The notes: generated by a model from the sequence alone, not told the origin. 62,832 nucleotides of DNA, filler included, from Stramenopiles sp. TOSAG23-6 (GCA_900128565.1; 35 parts of 35 records of this genome joined end to end with filler, not necessarily neighbours in it); one strand, 5' to 3'. Shown: positions 25,284 to 37,736, counted from the first letter of the whole stretch. Translations and numbers: made by a program.

Positions 25284-26985
25284 CTTGAAATTATCAAGTA
25301 TATTATGATCAAAGTTGTCAAATTAGGTAATTATGGTGGTAAAACTGGTGTAACAATAACAGCATACAGAGAAGCTATCTCTAAACTTGGTGTACAAATG
25401 CCATTTACTGTGAAAAGACTATTTGATTTTTTCAAACAGAAATTCACCACTAAAAACACAAATGGATTTTCAAAACTTAGTAATGATGCTAAAAACGCTG
25501 TCACAGAAATTCGTTCAAAATTGGATACCCCTCAACCACCAATATACACAAATGACAATGTTGTGAACATAGATCAACCTATTGATCTAAACAATGCTGA
25601 ACATAAAGACTATATTTCTCAAGTGATTAGTATAATATGTTGTCTTACACTTTATGAAAGGAATGGTCCTCTACCAAGACATTATAAATATGCTATTGAA
25701 TATATTGAAAAATCAGGCATTCAACCACTATTCAAACAAGGACAACTGTATCAAAAGTTCAAACATGCATTCAAAGAGAGATCACCAACAGTATTTGATA
25801 ATCTAGCTGGACATGCTAGAGATGCAGTTATTTGTATTCGTAGAGGTATGCTGGGAAGAATTGATTCAGAAAATGAAGATCATAAAAAGGCTTTGAGTAT
25901 TATCTTTGAATTTATCAACAAATTTCGTAAAATGCCAAAAGATGGACCAGAAGTACAACACTATCAGAGATATCTTGGTCATCCCAATGTGAAGATGAAA
26001 ATGAAGAAAGCTGGAGTGAATTGGAGTGCAAAATATTTATTTTTATACTTTCATGAATATTTCAAAGCTAATGACACATCAATATTTAGTAACCTATCCC
26101 TACCTGCATGGTTTGCTGTTGAAGAAATATTTAAGAAAATGGATGATAATAATAATAATAACTCTAATGATGACTCAATTTCATCTGAAAGTTTACACAG
26201 TGATGGTGAAAGTAAAAGTGATTCTAATAATAATTGTAATGATACACCACTTGCATTTAGAAGTGATTGTGAAAGTAAGAATAATAATAACTCTAATGAT
26301 GACTCAATTTCATCTGAAAGTAAACACAGTGATGATGGTGAAAGTAAAAGTGATTCTAATAATAATTCTAATGATACACCACTACTCAGTCCTGAAGCTT
26401 GGGAATTTATTGACAATATAATGAATACATTTCATGGTGATTCTGATGAAGATGAAGCAATTGGTTATCATGGAGATGCTTTGGGTACTATATTTCAACT
26501 GATCAACAAAGAATGTAAAATAACAAAAGATGGACCACAATTACATCACTATGAGAAGTTTGTTAATCTTTCTAATGTGCATTGGCTAATGAAGGAAGCT
26601 GGAGTTATGTGGAGTGCAGCAGATTTATTTTCATATTTTCATGTACATTTCAAAAATAGGAACATATCAATATTTAGAAAGCTCTTGTCTAGGGGTTATC
26701 AACAAGATCATGTTCGAGAAATATTTGATAAAATGGATAATGATAATAATAATAGTGATGGTGATGGTGATGATGATGGTCCACCACCACTTGTACCAAT
26801 GATTGATGATAGTGATAGTGATGGTGATGATGATGATGATGGTCCACCACCACTTGTACCAATGATTGATGATGAGTCTTGTAATAATAATAATAATTCA
26901 GATGATACATCATATGCATTTGAAAGTGATGGTGAAAGTAAAAATAATAATAATAGTAATTCTGATGCACCAGTATCTCCTTTAA
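25284..26985 (+). CDS. Intronless protein with about four copies of an ~80-aa helical domain and N/D/S-rich linkers
   Basis: Open frame across the whole contig with visible internal repeats. Confidence 0.7.
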
Positions 26986-27389
26986 NNNNNNNNNNNNNNN
27001 NNNNNNNNNNNNNNNNNNNNNNNNNNNNNTTAATTAATTAANNNNNNNNNNNNNNNNNNNNNNNNNNNNNNNNNNNNNNNNNNNNATTTATAACGCTGTC
27101 ACAGTGTTCTTCAATTACTACACAAGGGTCTTCTTCTAGTCTAAAGATAATACTTTTTTTGTTGGGCATATCTAGCATGACAGGAACTTGTAAATCATTC
27201 CTTGGCTTGCTCTTTTGCCGTCGGGCAACGGAAAGCCTTGTTGTTAGAACAATACATAGAAATACACTGAAATCGAATGGAATTATTATCATTGTACATT
27301 GTAATATAACACTCTGCGTTCCTACAGCCGTGTTTTTGGTGATGATTCTAAAAAAAAAACAGTCAGTAAACTGCTTAGAAAAAATTTAA

Positions 27390-28626
27390 TCTCATGGGGA
27401 TTTTGCAAATGCACGTAATCATCTCGACCGTTCCTTAGACATATTTTCAGGGATGCCGTCTAGTGTGGAAAGTAAATATATGGTAAATGCCGTAAAGCGA
27501 CGTATAGTTGGGGTTTGTGAAATGATAGGCGATGTAGCAGAAGGTGAAAGGTTGTTGCTTGAGATTCTTTCTTCGGAGCTCGGAAGCGAGGAAGAATATC
27601 TTATGAAACGCTGCATATCCCGCCTTTATATTCAACAAAATAGACCAAGTGAAGCTCTCAAATATCTTTCGAAAATGTCAGACGTTGAGTTAGATTCCAC
27701 TGTTGACAGGGTTAGTGCTAGAGTAGAAGATCTTATTTTACTTGGTATAGTTAATAGTATGGATTGATGAGGCAGAGAAATATTTTGATACTGCCACTAA
27801 TCTTATCAAGGACAATAAGGACAAAAATACTTTAAAAAGTTTGTTGATATTATCAAGAGTTAACCGTGGTGCAAGTCTGTGGCTAACAAATTCTGTTTGT
27901 GATAGTAACTCCAATGAAAAGATGAGTAACGAGCATCGTATAGCAATATTAGAAGAAGCGAAAAAGTGTTACGAAGATGCATGTACTTGTCTTGGTATTG
28001 AATATCCTGGTAGAGATAATATTTCTACTGATTTAGGTGGAAGTAATATTTCTACTGATTCCCGAATGGTATCTTCTTTATTAACTAGTCTAGGACATAT
28101 ATGTTACTCCATGAATTATTTAGATGAAGCAAGGTTTTATCTTGAGTCAGCATTACGTCATACATCTAATAAGAAAGAGATTGCCGAGAATAAAAAAAAT
28201 ACAGTGAATGTTTTACACGGTTATGACGATGATGTACGACTTGGCTTATTACTAACACATTTAGCTACACTTAGCCATATGGAAGAAAAAGCTGTCACGG
28301 CCGAGGGTTTATATAGAAGTGCATTGGATTATTTTGCTCGTAGTTCTTTGAATACAACAAATACAATTTCTAATTCTTCCAATACAACTGATGCCCAATT
28401 AATTCAACATCGCCAATTGTCACCAATGTTTCAATGGGCTCATGCATTCGCTCTTGATGGATATTCAAAATTATTAAACGATTGGGAAAATAGAGGTCCT
28501 GAGGGTAAGTCATACGCTGAGAAATCTGAAAGTATAATGAATCATTTACATCAAGGATCAGAAAGCCACGCGTTAATAACTCCACATGTTATGCTGAGTG
28601 GTTGGTCACCCTTTTATCAAGAGTAA
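27390..28626 (+). pseudogene. TPR-like gene with a frameshift near 27765 and an in-frame stop at 27387
   Basis: LLLGIVNSM continues as DEAEKYFDTA in another frame; TPR-like helices throughout. Confidence 0.5.
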
Positions 28627-28691
28627 AAATTTATAAGACAATTATTGAAATTTAATTAATAATAAATCAACAGTTTTACAGTATTTCACAC

Positions 28692-28786
28692 TTATGAAAA
28701 AACTTCCTCATCTTCAACTGTCGTTGAATGTAATCGTTCGATTGCAGCCTTTATAGTGTTTCCATCCTTTGGATCCAAATCTAACG
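28692..28786 (-). CDS. C-terminal tail of a TPR-like protein
   Basis: LDLDPKDGNTIKAAIERL...stop. Confidence 0.4.
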
Positions 28787-28942
28787 NNNNNNNNNNNNNN
28801 NNNNNNNNNNNNNNNNNNNNNNNNNNNNNNTTAATTAATTAANNNNNNNNNNNNNNNNNNNNNNNNNNNNNNNNNNNNNNNNNNNNATTTTGTACCTAAC
28901 AAATTTAAGTTTTTTTTTTTGAAATATTTTTCCAAAATACAT

Positions 28943-30093
28943 ATGTACGAGACTCAGGAACACCTTCTTCGATTCATTTTTCAACCGACCATATATTTAG
29001 TGGGTGGAGTGATGGTCGGATTCGCTGTCATAACTCAGCCGGTGGAGATTTATTGTGGTTTATTAATGAGGCTCATGTATGTTTTATTTTTTTTCAAATT
29101 CGAATTGTTTTTTCATACGAAATTTTGTACCTAACGATATTTTTTTGAAATATTTTTCCAAAATACATAAAGTTTCTAGAAATGGCGCAGTCAGTGCCTT
29201 GAAGCTTAGCAACAACAGCAAATTTCTATTATCGGGAGGTGTATGTTTTATATGAATTTCTAATTTAATTTTTTTTTCATACGAGATTTCGTACCTAACA
29301 AATTTTAGTTTTTTTTTTTGAAATATTTTTCACAATACGTGAGAGTGGTGCTGTTAGGGTTTGGGACGTGAGAACTAAGGAACTAGTATCTCATTTGAAA
29401 GAGCACAAGTCCAAAGTATCACAAATATGTCTCTATGACGATGACGTCCACTGTTTAACATGTAGTCAAGACCGTTCATTCCTCTGTTGGGATCTTCGGG
29501 AAGAAAAGCGGATTGCAAGTCATGTTCAACGCACTGGAGGTATCAATGCGGTAGCTCTTTCCCGAGACCAAACATGTATGTTTTATTTTTTTTTTACAAA
29601 AAAATCGAATTTATTTTTCATACGAAATTTTGTACCTAACAATTTTTTTTAGATTTTTTTTGAAATATTGTTCCAAAATACACATATAGTTACTTGTGGC
29701 AAGGAAAGAATGATTACATTCTGGGATTTGAGAGATCCTACACCTGCTAAAACTATATCGCCAGCCCATGATGGTGAAGGGACATGTATAGCCATGCTCC
29801 ACAACAGTGATCATATTTTTGCTACTGGCGGAAGTGACCAAATTGTAAAACTTTGGGATGCAAGGACTGGAAAGGTTATAACGGAAGGGTATGTTTTCAT
29901 CATGAATTTCAAATTTAGTTTTTTTTTTTCATACGAAATTTTGTACCTAACGAATTTTTTTTGAAATATTTTTTTACAATACGGATTAGGGCATTCGGGG
30001 TGCATAAATGACGTACAATTTTCACCAGACGATAAGCAACTACTCTCTGTTGGGGATGATGGAAATATATTTATCTGGAACTTTTATTTGTAA
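28943..30093 (+). CDS. WD40 protein, CFAP52/WDR16-like, 3' part (four complete introns)
   Basis: SGWSDGRIR, LKEHK, ATGGSDQIVKLWD and GHSGCINDVQFSPDDKQLLSVGDDGNIFIW. Confidence 0.8.
29077..29168 (+). mobile_element. Introner copy, GT...AT (92 nt)
   Basis: GCT CAT|GTATGT...CCTAAC...AAAATACAT|AAA GTT gives EAH-KVSRNG in the WD40 gene. There is no AG after the branch point. Confidence 0.88.
29241..29340 (+). mobile_element. Introner copy, GT...GT (100 nt)
   Basis: GGA GGT|GTATGT...CAATACGT|GAG AGT restores the WD40 motif LLSGG-ESGAVRVWD. Confidence 0.88.
29889..29984 (+). mobile_element. Introner copy, GT...GG (96 nt)
   Basis: GAA GG|GTATGT...CAATACGG|A TTA GGG CAT restores EGLGHSGCINDVQFSPD. 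Confidence 0.86.
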
Positions 30094-30144
30094 TTTTGCA
30101 AAAAATAAAAAAAATTAGACTTTGGAAAAAATACAAACTTCAAC

Positions 30145-30586
30145 AAATCTTTATTGATTGTTTTCAAGTTAATTTTTTGCTTTTAAATCTTTATTGATTG
30201 TTTTCAAGTTAATTTTTTGCTTTTAAATCTTTATTGATTGTTTTCAAGTTAATTTTTTGCTTTTAAATCTTTATTGATTGTTTTCAAGTTAATTTTTTGC
30301 TTTTAAATCTTTATTGATTGTTTTCAAGTTAATTTTTTGCTTTTAAATCTTTATTGATTGTTTTCAAGTTAATTTTTTGCTTTTAAATCTTTATTGATTG
30401 TTTTCAAGTTAATTTTTTGCTTTTAAATCTTTATTGATTGTTTTCAAGTTAATTTTTTGCTTTTAAATCTTTATTGATTGTTTTCAAGTTAATTTTTTGC
30501 TTTTAAATCTTTATTGATTGTTTTCAAGTTAATTTTTTGCTTTTAAATCTTTATTGATTGTTTTCAAGTTAATTTTTTGCTTTTAA
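30145..30586. repeat. 40-bp tandem satellite AAATCTTTATTGATTGTTTTCAAGTTAATTTTTTGCTTTT, about 11 copies
   Basis: Near-perfect head-to-tail units with no spacers. Confidence 0.95.
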
Positions 30587-30686
30587 NNNNNNNNNNNNNN
30601 NNNNNNNNNNNNNNNNNNNNNNNNNNNNNNTTAATTAATTAANNNNNNNNNNNNNNNNNNNNNNNNNNNNNNNNNNNNNNNNNNNN

Positions 30687-30884
30687 ATTGAGATCTCCTT
30701 GAGGAGTGTCAATAAAGGCATGGGAAAAGTGACACGAACGCTCAGAACAATCCGCACCCATAAAATTTCGATAGCATTCACACGCAGAATACGCGTTGCA
30801 TGTTCCATTACCATTACAGTCGTTTGGACACTTTGCGGAAGCAACGCCAAGGTATACAAGAAAGAGGAATAGTTGAATCTTCAT
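30687..30884 (-). CDS. Tubular mastigoneme protein (Sig1/Ocm1 family), N-terminus
   Basis: Signal peptide followed by CPNDCNGNGTC...GADCSERSCHFSHAFIDTPQGDLN. Confidence 0.8.
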
Positions 30885-31214
30885 TATGCAAAAATTAAAT
30901 CGAAGATGTAAAGATATAAACTCTTTAGAAAACGAAAAAAAGAAAATTACCGTTGGACAAAAAGATCCGTTGGATTGGGATTCGGAGATTATTTTTGGCC
31001 AATTGAAATGCGCAGTTCTGTTTTGTACCAAAATTTAGTACAATGAAGAAGGGTTGCCATCAGAATTCGTAAAAAGTCATTTTCCGTTACACGAAATTGA
31101 ATTCCAAAAATTCCAAAAAAATAAGCTCCAACGGCTAGTCAAAAGCAACGTAACCTTACTGTACACTTCACACTGGTTGAATACCCCGTTTCTTGAAAAA
31201 GAAATCTCTTCATT

Positions 31215-32122
31215 ATGTTGAAGCTCACTGTGTTTATTTTATTCTTTCTTTGTTCTGATATTGAGGCAGTTTGTCCGAATTCATGCTCGGGTCATGGTAA
31301 ATGTGATGCTCAGGATATTTGTACTTGCTTTAACGAAGGAAAGCCACTTTACTTTACAAAAGATTACGACCCAACAGCTGGAAATCAGCCTCATTATGAC
31401 AACTATGGTTCTGCAAATGTACCGATGAAAAAACGTTGGACTGGTGCTGATTGCTCATTGCACACTTGCCCTCGCGGAATTTCTTGGACACAAGGGGTTG
31501 TTGCATCAGATTCAACTTCTGGAACTTGCTACAAGCACACGTGTGACACCGACACTCACGAATGTACTCCCTGGGTACCAGACCCTGATACATTACTCGA
31601 AAATTGTAACAACGATGGCGAGAATGTAGCACGACGACTGAGTAAAACTGAGGATAATGGTCGAAGGCGTTTAGCTGTAACAGATTCATATCGTATCATA
31701 AAAACAAAGATTTCAAGCCACATTGACGACGTTGAATGTTCCGATGCTGGAGAGTGCGACAGAGATACTGGTAAATGNNNNNNNNNNNNNNNNNNNNNNN
31801 NNNNNNNNNNNNNNNNNNNNNNNNNNNNNNNNNNNNNNNNNNNNNNNNNNNNNNNNNNNNNNNNNNNNNNNNNNNNNNNNNNNNNNNNNNNNNNNNNNNN
31901 NNNNNNNNNNNNNNNNNNNNNNNNNNNNNNNNNNNNNNNNNNNNNNNNNNNNNNNNNNNNNNNNNNNNNNNNNNNNNNNNNNNNNNNNNNNNNNNNNNNN
32001 NNNNAAATTCAAAAGGTCGAGATTGCTCAGGTCGAGGGATGTGTGACTATTCAACTGGACAATGTGTCTGCTTCGCTGGATATTCTGGAAACGATTGTGC
32101 TAATATTGAAGCCCTTGCTTGA
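31215..32122 (+). CDS. Tubular mastigoneme-family EGF/tenascin-repeat protein (Sig/Ocm short paralog)
   Basis: Signal peptide, [42 protein letters not shown] and [14 protein letters not shown]. Confidence 0.8.
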
Positions 32123-32896
32123 TATTATACATATATATATATATGATCTATTTTGAACCTTTATTAAAAGTTTTGAAGTACTCTTAGTATTTTTAAAATT
32201 TATTCTTTTTTCTTTTAAAAGCTATATTTCAAAATATAAAATTATACTAAAAAAATGAAGATGATATCATTGATATTTTCAAAATCTACATTTACCAATA
32301 TGATAGCTAAGTGACATTGCACATCTACACTCATTTATAATTCTTCAATTTTCTTAATAACTCATTCAAATTTGCATCACTTAAANNNNNNNNNNNNNNN
32401 NNNNNNNNNNNNNNNNNNNNNNNNNNNNNTTAATTAATTAANNNNNNNNNNNNNNNNNNNNNNNNNNNNNNNNNNNNNNNNNNNNAGCAGCCATCTTGAG
32501 TCATTTTAATAAAGAGAGCAGCCATCTTGAGTCATTTTACAGGTATAGTTGCGGATAGTATATATATATCCACTTTCCTCTCTCTCTGCTAGTGAAATTT
32601 CCGTTCTTCAAAAAAAATTTAACGTATAAGAAACTGTCAAAATGATGATACAAACCTGTCGAAAAAATATTAATAAAGATTTTGATTTTTATTTTGTACT
32701 GAAAATTTGTACTTAAATTTTTGTCGCATTTTGTATTGAGATTTTGTCGGAGATTGAATCGCGTTGAATCGATCAATCCCCCGACAATTTGAACGTCAGG
32801 TTGATCACTAACAGTCAGCCACTCAATCGGTAATACTGTTGATTATATCTAAATAAACTAAATAAAAGACGAGAAAGTTCTAATATTTAACCAAAT

Positions 32897-34183
32897 ATGT
32901 TAAACTTCGTAAACTTCAACAGGAAATCCCCGAAACGTCCATTAGGTCCGCCCAGTTTAAATCGTNNNNNNNNNNNNNNNNNNNNNNNNNNNNNNNGGTA
33001 AAGACCCAAAGAAGTCCAGGGAAGTTGAAGGTGCGGTTGTTGCGGGTGCGGGTGGTGCGGGTCCAGCACCAGATAATGAATCCCCTTCATCTATTAGGGA
33101 TATCAATAGAGGGATCCCATTGTCTCCCGCAATTGCTAACAACGTATCATTTCGGACGGCTTCGCGGTTTGCGGAAGAAGATGTATGTTTATATTATAAA
33201 TTTCAGTTTTCATATGTCGAACACTGGTTTTGTACCTAACAAAAAAAAAGTTGAAATATTTTCTCACAATATATGAAACTAACCCTAAACGTAAATTGTT
33301 TTCACCGTTTGATGCCAACTCAGATGATTGGTCATCAATTAAAATGGATTTGGATGCATCACGCACCATTTCGACCATTTCGACGGGANNNNNNNNNNNN
33401 NNNNNNNNNNNNNNNNNNNNNNNNNNNNNNNNNNNNNNNNNNNNNNNNNNNNNNNNNNNNNNNNNNNNNNNNNNNNNNNNNNNNNNNNNNNNNNNNNNNN
33501 NNNNNNNNNNNNNNNNNNNNNNNNNNNNNNNNNNNNNNNNNNNNNNNNNNNNNNNNNNNNNNNNNNNNNNNNNNNNNNNNNNNNNNNNNNNNNNNNNNNN
33601 NNNNNNNNNNNNNNNNNNNNNNNNNNNNNNNNNATTTCGACCATTTCGGGAAAAATTGAAGACGTACGTGTTCATATTCTGGAATGTTTTTTTTTTCATA
33701 CGAAAATTTGTACCTAACGGAAAAAATGAAATATTTTTTCACAATATATGATGGTGGGGAATATTTTCACGATTATGTTATTTTTAATGGAAGAAAATAC
33801 ATTGGTGAAGGAGTGGCCGTTAATGGTGAAAAATGGGTGAGCTTGGAAAGTTTTGAGAAAATTTTTTCAAATTCTGGAATAAGNNNNNNNNNNNNNNNNN
33901 NNNNNNNNNNNNNNNNNNNNNNNNNNNNNNNNNATTTCGACCATTTCGGGAAAAATTGAAGACGTACGTGTTCATATTCTGGAATGTTTTTTTTTTCATA
34001 CGAAAATTTGTACCTAACGGAAAAAATGAAATATTTTTTCACAATATATGATGGTGGGGAATATTTTCACGATTATGTTATTTTTAATGGAAGAAAATAC
34101 ATTGGTGAAGGAGTGGCCGTTAATGGTGAAAAATGGGTGAGCTTGGAAAGTTTTGAGAAAATTTTTTCAAATTCTGGAATAAG
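32897..34183 (+). CDS. Unknown low-complexity protein (introns 33183-33274 and 33664-33749)
   Basis: Frames join across the family introns; large N gaps limit certainty. Confidence 0.4.
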
Positions 34184-34340
34184 NNNNNNNNNNNNNNNNN
34201 NNNNNNNNNNNNNNNNNNNNNNNNNNNTTAATTAATTAANNNNNNNNNNNNNNNNNNNNNNNNNNNNNNNNNNNNNNNNNNNNTAGGTACAAAATTTCGT
34301 ACGAAAAAAAAATTGGAATTTGAAAAAAAATAAAACATCC

Positions 34341-34982
34341 ACAATCCATTTGTGGCCCACAACAAGTTGCCGCAATTGCGAGGAAATCTTTCTGGTGATT
34401 TTCGGAGTGTGTTGTAAGTATTTCCTCATCAGTAGCTTCTCGAGATGGCACACGTACGCATCGGGAAAGAAGCTTAGATTCAGTCAAATGTTGATAAATA
34501 GCTTTAACTCGATTTGGCCTTTCAGGATGTTCGGATGGTGGGAATGAAGAATTGCGCTGTGTCTCCTTGTGAAGACACATTCTCTGATCATATGACCATA
34601 ATGTTCGTCTAGATATCTTCGATTTTTGAAGATGACCTTGCAAAATGGGATAATGGTCTGCTTCGATCAAACCAATTCCTTGAAGTGGTGTTCGTGACGT
34701 GGCCGCAGAAAGGGTACCAAACTGTCTTGGTGTACCACAATAATCACATTTTATCTCTCTACTTGAAGAAATTAATACACCAAAACCATGCTGAAATTTC
34801 ACATACTTTGGCTGGAGACAAACTGTGCAGACATAACTGTGCCGAAGGGCCAACTCGACGACTCGTTGCTGTCGCGCATCAGGAAAGTCATGACCAGTTT
34901 GCATAAACACAGAGTCATCTTCGTCATCATCACTCTCAGAGGGCCTACCACGTAGATGAATATTAGTCTCTACATCTGACAT
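34341..34982 (-). CDS. Class II histone deacetylase, 5' part, with an N-terminal CxxC...CxxC finger
   Basis: YDQRMCLH, HPERPNRV and REATDEEILTTHS. Confidence 0.85.
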
Positions 34983-35331
34983 TTCAAATTAACGATTTTC
35001 CGCACAAAATTAATCAGGAAATGAAAAGTCTGATACCACGGATACAGACTAACAGACTGTATAATATAAGAAGTGTGAGTCTGACAGAAGTGAAAAGTGA
35101 CACGTGGTAAAAAAATCAAAATTAAAATTTCAAAAAAATTGCCATCAATCAAGTCAAAATGACGATAAAAATTTAATATGACACCGAGCGCTGGATCGAC
35201 GTATTATAAATATATTATATAGAGTTGCCCTATAATTGAAGTAGTTTGTTGCGACCTCCGTTATCATTACATATTATATGCCTAGCAAATTGCTTATTAT
35301 ACGGAATATTTGTATAGTAAGATAATTCTAA

Positions 35332-35949
35332 ATGGAAAAGTTGAAACCTAGACGGCACAGTTCAGCGCCTACTAGTAGTACCGCAAAATCTAAACCTGCA
35401 AATTGGCTTGATAACAGCGAAGATAGTGACGAAATAGATTCATTTGAAACCCACAAACTTTCTACCAATTATGATAAGCTATCACATGTACAAGATATTT
35501 CTTCAGATATGCCGACTGCATCCAGAACACAGAGCATTAGCACTTTAGCATCTTCCAATAGTATTCGAAGTACAGAAAATCGTCAGGTTTCATCAATACT
35601 GCAAGCAGCGTTCAAAGGAAATTTATCTATATTAGATAATACTTCACCAACAATGAACAGAAGAAGACCTATAAGAACGTCATCAACGAGCAGTAATGCT
35701 TCAGCTCTTTTACAGGCAGCTCTAGAAAATTCAAGAACTGCATCTATAGAAAAGCCAGGTACCGGGAAACTTCATGCCCTACTTGTCGGTGTCAATCAAT
35801 ATTGTGACCCTAGTATTGAAGATTTGAGACGGGCCGTACCTGACGCTTTAGGAGCTAGAAATCTTCTGTGTCGTGGTGCTTCAGTTGGATTGGTCAAATG
35901 TTTGTGTACAGCAGAATCTGCTTTCAGCTCTTCATATAAGCATTGGTAT
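35332..35949 (+). CDS. Protein with the start of a caspase-like (peptidase C14) domain
   Basis: LHALLVGVNQY...DLRRAVPDA follows a low-complexity N-terminus. Confidence 0.55.
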
Positions 35950-36080
35950 GTATGTTTTATTGTTTTTCAATTTCGATTTTNNNNNNNNNNNNNNNNNNNN
36001 NNNNNNNNNNNNNNNNNNNNNNNNTTAATTAATTAANNNNNNNNNNNNNNNNNNNNNNNNNNNNNNNNNNNNNNNNNNNN

Positions 36081-36145
36081 TGACAATGTTGATGTCCATC
36101 GACATATATAATGAAAAAATATTTTTCATTTGAAATTGGTCAAAA

Positions 36146-36176
<31 letters not shown>

Positions 36177-36792
36177 GTTTAGGTACGAAATTTTCTATGA
36201 AAAAAAAAAAAATTAAATTTAAATTTAAATTTAAATTTAAAATTCATGATGAAACACGTACATGAGGTGATGGACATCCTACTACAGTATGAAACCATTG
36301 TAACTGCATTTTTGCCTCACATGCTGCTTCTGAAGGAACAATTTGATTTAATGTACATGCTGTTATAAAGTCTTTCTTTCCTCGAAATGTTCTCTTTATA
36401 TTTGAAGAAGTTGAACAAGTTGATTGTGTTGTATTCACCATGCCAGTCACAATATCAGTGCAATTAACTGGAGCAAGTAAAGAAGGAATTTCTTCTGGTG
36501 AGCTCAAAGGAACACCTTCAGATAAGTTAAGGTGTAAGCCAACTCTGTGTAATAAACCCTCAGACCGTGCAATTGATATAGCTTCCATTGCATATGGTGC
36601 TCCTGCCATAATCGACGTTGCTGTACAGATACCGTCTTTCATGGCCTTTATAATACCTAGGGTTCGTTCCATACTTATACCGAAATCATCAGCTGTGATG
36701 ATAACTAAAGGTTTCATCTCCGACTTATTTGTGTTCAACTGTGATACGGTTTTCATTTCTTTAGTGTCAATTGATGATCCAATAACATTCAT
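36081..36792 (-). CDS. YDJC: YdjC deacetylase, second assembly copy or allele
   Basis: Same protein as 23481-24192. Confidence 0.88.
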
Positions 36793-37206
36793 TATTGAAA
36801 CTTGACGCTTTGGTGTATACTACACGATCGAAATGTGTGACAAATTACTCTCTATACCTTTTTACTTTATTCTCTCTCTAAGTAATAGGTACAATATGCT
36901 GTCGTACACAATAGTAGTATCATTCGAGATGAAACTGGGTGTTGTGTATCACTAAGTACTACAATCACTGACGAATAGGAATTTCTTTACTAGCTACTAC
37001 TTGTTGGTAATTTACCGTAGATACAAACAGTAATAATTCTTCGTCTTTTTGAAGTTTGAACTTGTTGTTTTGAAAAATCGAAAAATGAAATGAAATCGAA
37101 AAAAAGAAAAAAAAGTAACTGTTTTACAAACTTCTTGCTGGGCACAATACTAAACTAAAGCCTATAAGTTAGTATTTAGATTATTTATTTATGTGCGAAT
37201 GAATCA

Positions 37207-37736
37207 ATGATTGAGAGTTATCAAGAGTTTAAAACTAGCCATGAGGAGGAGACACAGAAGGATTTGCTTTATTGTAACCAAGCAGATAGTGCGTCAAGAA
37301 CAAAAGTATCAACAATACAAAATATACAAAATAATTTCCCCAATGAAAAACTTGAAAAAAAATATTTCACACCTAATGAAAAAAAGCATTTTTATCCATG
37401 TTCTACCTCATCCTCATCTGAAGCCGAAGATATTCTTTCAATTGGATCATCCAATACACAGAAACAACTGAGAACTAGTACAAATGTCGCATGGCAAAAT
37501 TTTCAAAATAAAAGAAAAATAACTCGTTCTAGAGGCATCTCGACTTTTCGTGAAAGAGCAGACGTAGCAATTGGTGCAGCAACAAGTCTTCGTGATAAAG
37601 CGCGTGTAGGCGCGAAAGATTCTTTTGATGTAGCAATAGGTGCAGCAAAGTTAGGAGCAAAAGGGACTATTGGTGCTGCCCGTATGACCATCAAAACAAC
37701 ACGTGGCGCAGCTAAATTAGGTGCAAAAGGGACAAT
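37207..37736 (+). CDS. Second copy or allele of the unknown gene at 24613
   Basis: Identical protein; one synonymous ATA/ATT change in codon 2. Confidence 0.55.

Noticed and set aside
27387-27389. Stop-codon reassignment (TAA read-through)
   Set aside because: An isolated case. Long conserved ORFs have no internal stops, and genes end normally in TAA, TAG or TGA.
29075-29166. U12-type AT-AC introns
   Set aside because: There is no ATATCCTT donor or TCCTTAAC branch. The AT...AC reading is a 2-nt slide that fails where flanks are GT, GG or AA, and it breaks TOP2 EGDSAK.
30145-30586. CRISPR array
   Set aside because: Contiguous identical 40-mers with no unique spacers and no cas genes, in a eukaryotic context. 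It is a satellite.
33634-34183. 300-bp tandem duplication of an exon-intron unit
   Set aside because: Two identical copies separated by a 50-N gap at a contig end; probably a scaffolding artefact.
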